From the NCBI GenBank assembly GCA_965235115.1, contig OZ249436.1:24926001-24990000 (forward strand): a DNA stretch of 64,000 nt, written 5' to 3'. The notes beneath the pieces were generated by a model. That model saw nothing but the letters and a program-made list of their open reading frames with translations. It had not been told where the DNA came from and searched no databases. Below, piece by piece: positions 56,131 to 64,000 of the stretch. The DNA comes from Laetmonice hystrix. Its lineage: Eukaryota. Position 1 is the first letter of the stretch, and every line of letters begins with the position of its first letter. The translations under genes and the position numbers were made by a program.

Positions 56131-59100
56131 GGCACAAAAAAACTTTCTACCCCGTTGCAAGTCACATTAGCTTGCTGCTTGTCGTAAAAAATGGTGCAGA
56201 CCATTTCTAAAGTCACAGTACCCCACTCCCGGCCTAATATTACGTTTCAGTATCCATATACGCTGCAAGCGGCAAGAACTCGAATACAGGCCTAAAAGTA
56301 ACCCCAGTCTAGCAATATCATACTCTCATGCCATATACGAGCTTGTAATTATCTTTAATTAATGGGCTCCGCAGCACCAACCCACTGCATTAACATTTGT
56401 TTAACAGCTTGACGCACCTTGTAAAAAATTTTCAAGTGCGTAAAAATGCGTGTCCACCTCCACATACTTTAAAAATCACTATACCCACCCAGCGACATTC
56501 ACTCTAATACACGCCTAAGAGGAACTTCACTGTCCCATTTGATTCTCCAGCACGTATAGGATGTTTCAAGTAACATTCATCCACGGTCTGGCCCAATAAC
56601 GTGCAACAAGGCATAGTAAGTCAATGCGAGCTCGCATGTCAAACCTAACCCGCCCCCCAGCACATGAGCTGAAAATATTCAAATAGCTTGAAAACTAGAA
56701 TATAGCTTTGCTTAATACCATTATACCATCAACTCGCATTACAGGCCTAATGCGAAGCTCCCAGCCTAAAACGAGTTTCCAATTAATTTAAAGTTAACAA
56801 GATGCAATAATAATCGATTCCAAGCCTAATTAGGCCATTGCTAGTTGGATAACCAAATCTCATACAAAATACACCCTCCCGGCAGATGACCTGAGAATAT
56901 TCAACTCTTATGTCCGATATATCCCTGTCCGCTTTGTAGCACCCAGCCGGGCCCCCATTTTGACATTGCAACACCAATACAGCAAGTGCCCAGCTAACAG
57001 CACAAATAACAGGATTCAGGGCTTCCTACCACGTTACAAGTCACAATAGATTGCTGCCTGTCGTAAAAATATACCAGACCATTTTAAAAAGTCACAGAAC
57101 CCCAATCCGGCCCTAATATGTCACTCCCAGTACCAATACACTCTGGAAGCACCATCAACTGAAATTCAGGCCTAGAACCCACCTCTCTCTACCAATATCA
57201 TGCACCTAGTCCGTATACGAGGTTGTAATTTACTTTAATCAACGGGCTGCGCCGCAGCAACCCACTCTGGTCTTTGCAATCTTTTTCAATATGCGTTAAC
57301 ATTTGTAACCAGCTCAACGCGCCTTGTAAAATTTTTCAAAGTGCGTAAAAGTGTGTGTCCACCCCGACACGCTTTCCAAACCACTATACCCACCGAGCGA
57401 CATCCACTCAAATACAGGCTTCGACCGATCCTCACTGTGCCAATAATCCGCCACAAGGCAAATTCAGTCAATGCAAGCTGGAAAATCGAATGTCAAACCT
57501 AATACTCCCCCCCCCAGCACGTTAACTGAAAATAATCAACTAGCTTGAAAACTAGAATATAGCTTTGTTTAGCTAACAATCTACTCTCCCAGCGCCATCA
57601 ACTCGCATACAGGCGTAAAAGCAAACGCACTGCCCCATATAATGCTCCCAGCCTAAAACGATGTTGCAATTAATTTAAAATTAACAAGATGCACTAGTAA
57701 TCCGATCCAAGCTTAATTACGTCATTGCTAGTTTCATAACCAAATCTCACAGAAAATACCCCACCCGGGCACATAACCTGAAAATATTCAACTTTTATCT
57801 CCAATGTATCCCTGTGCACCTAGTAGCACCCAAGCGGGCCCAATTTTGACATCCCAACACAAATACCGCAAATACCCGCCTAATGGCACAAAAAACTTTC
57901 TACCCCGTTGCAAGTCACATTAGCGTGCTGCTTGTCGTAAAAAATGGTGCAGACCATTTCTAAAGTCACAGTACCCCACTCCCGGCCTAATATTACGTTT
58001 CAGTATCCATATACGCTGCAAGCGGCAGGAACTCGAATACAGGCCTAAAAGTAACCTCAGTCTAGCAATATCATACTCCCATGCCATATACGAGCTTGTA
58101 ATTATCTTTAATTAATGGGCTCCGCAGCACCAACCCACTGCATTAACATTTGTTTAACAGCTTAACACACCTTGTAAAATTTTTTCAAGTGCGTAAAAAT
58201 GCGTGTCCACCTCCACATACTTTAAAAATCACTATACCCACCCAGCGACATCCACTCTAATACACGCCTAAAAGGAACTTCACTGTCCCATTTGATTCTC
58301 CAGCACGTATAGGATGTTTCAAGTAACATTCATCCACGGTCTGGCCCAATAACGTGCAACAAGGCATAGTAAGTCAATGCGAGCTCGCATGTCAAACCTA
58401 ACCCGCCCCCAAGCACATGAGCTGAAAATATTCAAATAGCTTGAAAACTAGAATATAGCTTTGCTTAATACCATTATACCATCAACTCGCATTACAGGCC
58501 TAATGCGAAGCTCCCAGCCTAAAACGAGTTTCCAATTAATTTAAAGTTAACAAGATGCACTAATAATCGATTCCAAGCCTAATTAGGCCATTGCTAGTTG
58601 GATAACCAAATCTCATACAAAATACACCCTCCCGGCAGATGACCTGAGAATATTCAACTCTTATGTCCGATATATCCCTGTCCGCTTAGTAGCACCCAGC
58701 CGGGCCCCCATTTTGACATTGCAACACCAATACAGCAAGTGCCCAGCTAACAGCACAAATAACAGGATTCAGGGCTTCCTACCACGTTACAAGTCACAAT
58801 AGATTGCTGCCTGTCGTAAAAATATACCAGACCATTTTAAAAAGTCACAGAACCCCAATCCGGCCCTAATATGTCACTCCCAGTACCAATAGACGCTGGA
58901 AGCACCATCAACTGAAATTCAGGCCTAGAACCCACCTCTCTCTACCAATATCATGCACCTAGTCCGTATACGAGGTTGTAATTTCCTTTAATCAACGGGC
59001 TGCGCCGCAGCAACCCACTCTGGTCTTTGCAATCTTTTTCAATATGCGTTAACATTTGTGACCAGCTCAACGCGCCTTGTAAAATTTTTCAAAGTGCGTA

Positions 59101-62100
59101 AAAGTGTGTGTCCACCCCGACACGCTTTCCAAACCACTATACCCACCGAGCGACATCCACTCAAATACAGGCTTCGACCGATCCTCACTGTGCCAATAAT
59201 CCGCCACAAGGCAAATTCAGTCAATGCAAGCTGGAAAATCGAATGTCAAACCTAATGCTCCCCCCCCAGCACGTTAACTGAAAAAAATCAACTAGCTTGA
59301 AAACTAGAATATAGCTTTGTTTAGCTAACAATCTACTCTCCCAGCGCCATCAACTCGCATACAGGCGTAAAAGCAAACGCACTGCCCCATATAATGCTCC
59401 CAGCATAAAACGATGTTGCAATTAATTTAAAATTAACAAGATGCACTAGTAATCCGATCCAAGCTTAATTACGTCATTGCTAGTTTCATAACCAAATCTC
59501 ACAGAAAATACCCCACCCGGGCACATAACCTGAAAATATTCAACTTTTATCTCCAATGTATCCCTGTGCACCTAGTAGCACCCAAGCGGGCCCAATTTTG
59601 ACATTCCAACACAAATACCGCAAATACCCGCCTAATGGCACAAAAAACTTTCTACCCCGTTGCAAGTCACATTAGCTTGCTGCTTGTCGTAAAAAATGGT
59701 GCAGACCATTTCTAAAGTCACAGTACCCCACTCCCGGCCTAATATTACGTTTCAGTATCCATATACGCTGCAAGCGGCAGGAACTCGAATACAGGCCTAA
59801 AAGTAACCCCAGTCTAGCAATATCATACTCTCATGCCATATACGAGCTTGTAATTATCTTTAATTAATGGGCTCCGCAGCACCAACCCACTGCATTAACA
59901 TTTGTTTAACAGCTTAACGCACCTTGTAAAAAAATTTTCAAGTGCGTAAAAATGCGTGTCCACCTCCACATACTTTAAAAATCACTATACCCACCCAGCG
60001 ACATTCACTCTAATACACGCCTAAGAGGAACTTCACTGTCCCATTTGATTCTCCAGCACGTATAGGATGTTTCAAGTAACATTTATCCACGGTCTGGCCC
60101 AATAACGTGCAACAAGGCATAGTAAGTCAATGCGAGCTCGCATGTCAAACCTAACCCGCCCCCCAGCACATGAGCTGAAAATATTCAAATAGCTTGAAAA
60201 CTAGAATATAGCTTTGCTTAATACCATTATACCATCAACTCGCATTACAGGCCTAATGCGAAGCTCCCAGCCTAAAACGAGTTTCCAATTAATTTAAAGT
60301 TAACAAGATGCACTAATAATCGATTCCAAGCCTAATTAGGCCATTGCTAGTTGGATAACCAAATCTCATACAAAATACACCCTCCCGGCAGATGACCTGA
60401 GAATATTCAACTCTTATGTCCGATATATCCCTGTCCGCTTAGTAGCACCCAGCCGGGCCCCCATTTTGACATTGCAACACCAATACAGCAAGTGCCCAGC
60501 TAACAGCACAAATAACAGGATTCAGGGCTTCCTACCACGTTACAAGTCACAATAGATTGCTGCCTGTCGTAAAAATATACCAGACCATTTTAAAAAGTCA
60601 CAGAACCCCAATCCGGCCCTAATATGTCACTCCCAGTACCAATACACGCTGGAAGCACCATCAACTGAAATTCAGGCCTAGAACCCACCTCTCTCTACCA
60701 ATATCATGCACCTAGTCCGTATACGAGGTTGTAATTTACTTTAATCAACGGGCTGCGCCGCAGCAACCCACTCTGGTCTTTGCAATCTTTTTCAATATGC
60801 GTTAACATTTGTAACCAGCTCAACGCGCCTTGTAAAATTTTTCAAAGTGCGTAAAAGTGTGTGTCCATCCCGACACGCTTTCCAAACCACTATACCCACC
60901 GAGCGACATCCACTCAAATACAGGCTTCGACCGATCCTCACTGTGCCAATAATCCGCCACAAGGCAAATTCAGTCAATGCAAGCTGGAAAATCGAATGTC
61001 AAACCTAATGCTCCCCCCCCCCCAGCACGTTAACTGAAAATAATCAACTAGCTTGAAAACTAGAATATAGCTTTGTTAAGCTAACAATCTACTCTCCCAG
61101 CGCCATCAACTCGCATACAGGCGTAAAAGCAAACGCACTGCCCCATATAATGCTTCCAGCCTAAAACGATGTTGCAATTAATTTAAAATTAACAAGATGC
61201 ACTAGTAATCCGATCCAAGCCTAATTACGTCATTGCTAGTTTCATAACCAAATCTCACAGAAAATACCCCACCCGCGCACATAACCTGAAAATATTCAAC
61301 TTTTATCTCCAATGTATCCCTGTGCACCTAGTAGCACCCAAGCGGGCCCAATTTTGACATCCCAACACAAATACCGCAAATACCCGCCTAATGGCACAAA
61401 AAACTTTCTACCCCGTTGCAAGTCACATTAGCGTGCTGCTTGTCGTAAAAAATGGTGCAGACCATTTCTAAAGTCACAGTACCCCACTCCCGGCCTAATA
61501 TTACGTTTCAGTATCCATATACGCTGCAAGCGGCAGGAACTCGAATACAGGCCTAAAAGTAACCTCAGTCTAGCAATATCATACTCCCATGCCATATACG
61601 AGCTTGTAATTATCTTTAATTAATGGGCTCCGCAGCACCAACCCACTGCATTAACATTTGTTTAACAGCTTAACACACCTTGTAAAATTTTTTCAAGTGC
61701 GTAAAAATGCGTGTCCACCTCCACATACTTTAAAAATCACTATACCCACCCAGCGACATCCACTCTAATACACGCCTAAAAGGAACTTCACTGTCCCATT
61801 TGATTCTCCAGCACGTATAGGATGTTTCAAGTAACATTCATCCACGGTCTGGCCCAATAACGTGCAACAAGGCATAGTAAGTCAATGCGAGCTCGCATGT
61901 CAAACCTAACCCGCCCCCAAGCACATGAGCTGAAAATATTCAAATAGCTTGAAAACTAGAATATAGCTTTGCTTAATACCATTATACCATCAACTCGCAT
62001 TACAGGCCTAATGCGAAGCTCCCAGCCTAAAACGAGTTTCCAATTAATTTAAAGTTAACAAGATGCACTAATAATCGATTCCAAGCCTAATTAGGCCATT

Positions 62101-64000
62101 GCTAGTTGGATAACCAAATCTCATACAAAATACACCCTCCCGGCAGATGACCTGAGAATATTCAACTCTTATGTCCGATATATCCCTGTCCGCTTAGTAG
62201 CACCCAGCCGGGCCCCCATTTTGACATTGCAACACCAATACAGCAAGTGCCCAGCTAACAGCACAAATAACAGGATTCAGGGCTTCCTACCACGTTACAA
62301 GTCACAATAGATTGCTGCCTGTCGTAAAAATATACCAGACCATTTTAAAAAGTCACAGAACCCCAATCCGGCCCTAATATGTCACTCCCAGTACCAATAG
62401 ACGCTGGAAGCACCATCAACTGAAATTCAGGCCTAGAACCCACCTCTCTCTACCAATATCATGCACCTAGTCCGTATACGAGGTTGTAATTTCCTTTAAT
62501 CAACGGGCTGCGCCGCAGCAACCCACTCTGGTCTTTGCAATCTTTTTCAATATGCGTTAACATTTGTGACCAGCTCAACGCGCCTTGTAAAATTTTTCAA
62601 AGTGCGTAAAAGTGTGTGTCCACCCCGACACGCTTTCCAAACCACTATACCCACCGAGCGACATCCACTCAAATACAGGCTTCGACCGATCCTCACTGTG
62701 CCAATAATCCGCCACAAGGCAAATTCAGTCAATGCAAGCTGGAAAATCGAATGTCAAACCTAATGCTCCCCCCCCAGCACGTTAACTGAAAAAAATCAAC
62801 TAGCTTGAAAACTAGAATATAGCTTTGTTTAGCTAACAATCTACTCTCCCAGCGCCATCAACTCGCATACAGGCGTAAAAGCAAACGCACTGCCCCATAT
62901 AATGCTCCCAGCATAAAACGATGTTGCAATTAATTTAAAATTAACAAGATGCACTAGTAATCCGATCCAAGCTTAATTACGTCATTGCTAGTTTCATAAC
63001 CAAATCTCACAGAAAATACCCCACCCGGGCACATAACCTGAAAATATTCAACTTTTATCTCCAATGTATCCCTGTGCACCTAGTAGCACCCAAGCGGGCC
63101 CAATTTTGACATTCCAACACAAATACCGCAAATACCCGCCTAATGGCACAAAAAACTTTCTACCCCGTTGCAAGTCACATTAGCTTGCTGCTTGTCGTAA
63201 AAAATGGTGCAGACCATTTCTAAAGTCACAGTACCCCACTCCCGGCCTAATATTACGTTTCAGTATCCATATACGCTGCAAGCGGCAGGAACTCGAATAC
63301 AGGCCTAAAAGTAACCCCAGTCTAGCAATATCATACTCTCATGCCATATACGAGCTTGTAATTATCTTTAATTAATGGGCTCCGCAGCACCAACCCACTG
63401 CATTAACATTTGTTTAACAGCTTAACGCACCTTGTAAAAAAATTTTCAAGTGCGTAAAAATGCGTGTCCACCTCCACATACTTTAAAAATCACTATACCC
63501 ACCCAGCGACATTCACTCTAATACACGCCTAAGAGGAACTTCACTGTCCCATTTGATTCTCCAGCACGTATAGGATGTTTCAAGTAACATTTATCCACGG
63601 TCTGGCCCAATAACGTGCAACAAGGCATAGTAAGTCAATGCGAGCTCGCATGTCAAACCTAACCCGCCCCCCAGCACATGAGCTGAAAATATTCAAATAG
63701 CTTGAAAACTAGAATATAGCTTTGCTTAATACCATTATACCATCAACTCGCATTACAGGCCTAATGCGAAGCTCCCAGCCTAAAACGAGTTTCCAATTAA
63801 TTTAAAGTTAACAAGATGCACTAATAATCGATTCCAAGCCTAATTAGGCCATTGCTAGTTGGATAACCAAATCTCATACAAAATACACCCTCCCGGCAGA
63901 TGACCTGAGAATATTCAACTCTTATGTCCGATATATCCCTGTCCGCTTAGTAGCACCCAGCCGGGCCCCCATTTTGACATTGCAACACCAATACAGCAAG

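Larger units (their letters stand above)
1..64000. repeat. Tandem satellite/macrosatellite array, ~1754 bp monomer, 36 complete copies plus 1 partial, single orientation
   Basis: The junction CCCGCCTAAT|GGCACAAAAAAC recurs (monomer starts e.g. 1, 1753, 5265, 7019, 12281, 14034, 19296, 24559, 29821, 33327, 38590, 43854, 45608, 50869, 56131, 57885, 61393, 63145). The 61-aa minus-strand ORF recurs every 1752-1756 bp, except in two frameshifted monomers. No foreign sequence seen. Confidence 0.99.

Noticed and set aside
1..64000. Tandem transposon/LTR array or rolling-circle concatemer artefact of a small circle
   Set aside because: No terminal inverted repeats, target duplications or coding remnants seen. 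The structured, recurrent haplotypes are not what random errors on a single circular template would produce, although local mis-assembly cannot be excluded.

Overview
The whole 64 kb window is one uninterrupted, head-to-tail tandem array (satellite/macrosatellite). It holds 36 complete monomers of 1752-1756 bp (mean 1754; 63144/36) plus a partial 37th (63145-64000), and the array runs off both ends. Monomers differ only by a few dozen recurrent SNPs and homopolymer length changes. I find no credible protein-coding gene, tRNA, rRNA, CRISPR array or transposon; the ORF track is a handful of short chance ORFs repeated once per monomer. The interest lies in the nested structure. Each monomer is a dimer of two diverged halves (867 and 885 bp). 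Each half appears to be four old sub-repeats of about 220-250 bp, and there is a weaker hint of a ~59 bp period. Above the monomer, diagnostic SNPs define two different 3-monomer (~5.26 kb) higher-order repeats and a ~38.6 kb (22-monomer) macro-duplication with whole-monomer losses or gains. This organisation is typical of eukaryotic centromeric, pericentromeric or subtelomeric satellite DNA (inference). I cannot identify the organism or the satellite family from the sequence.
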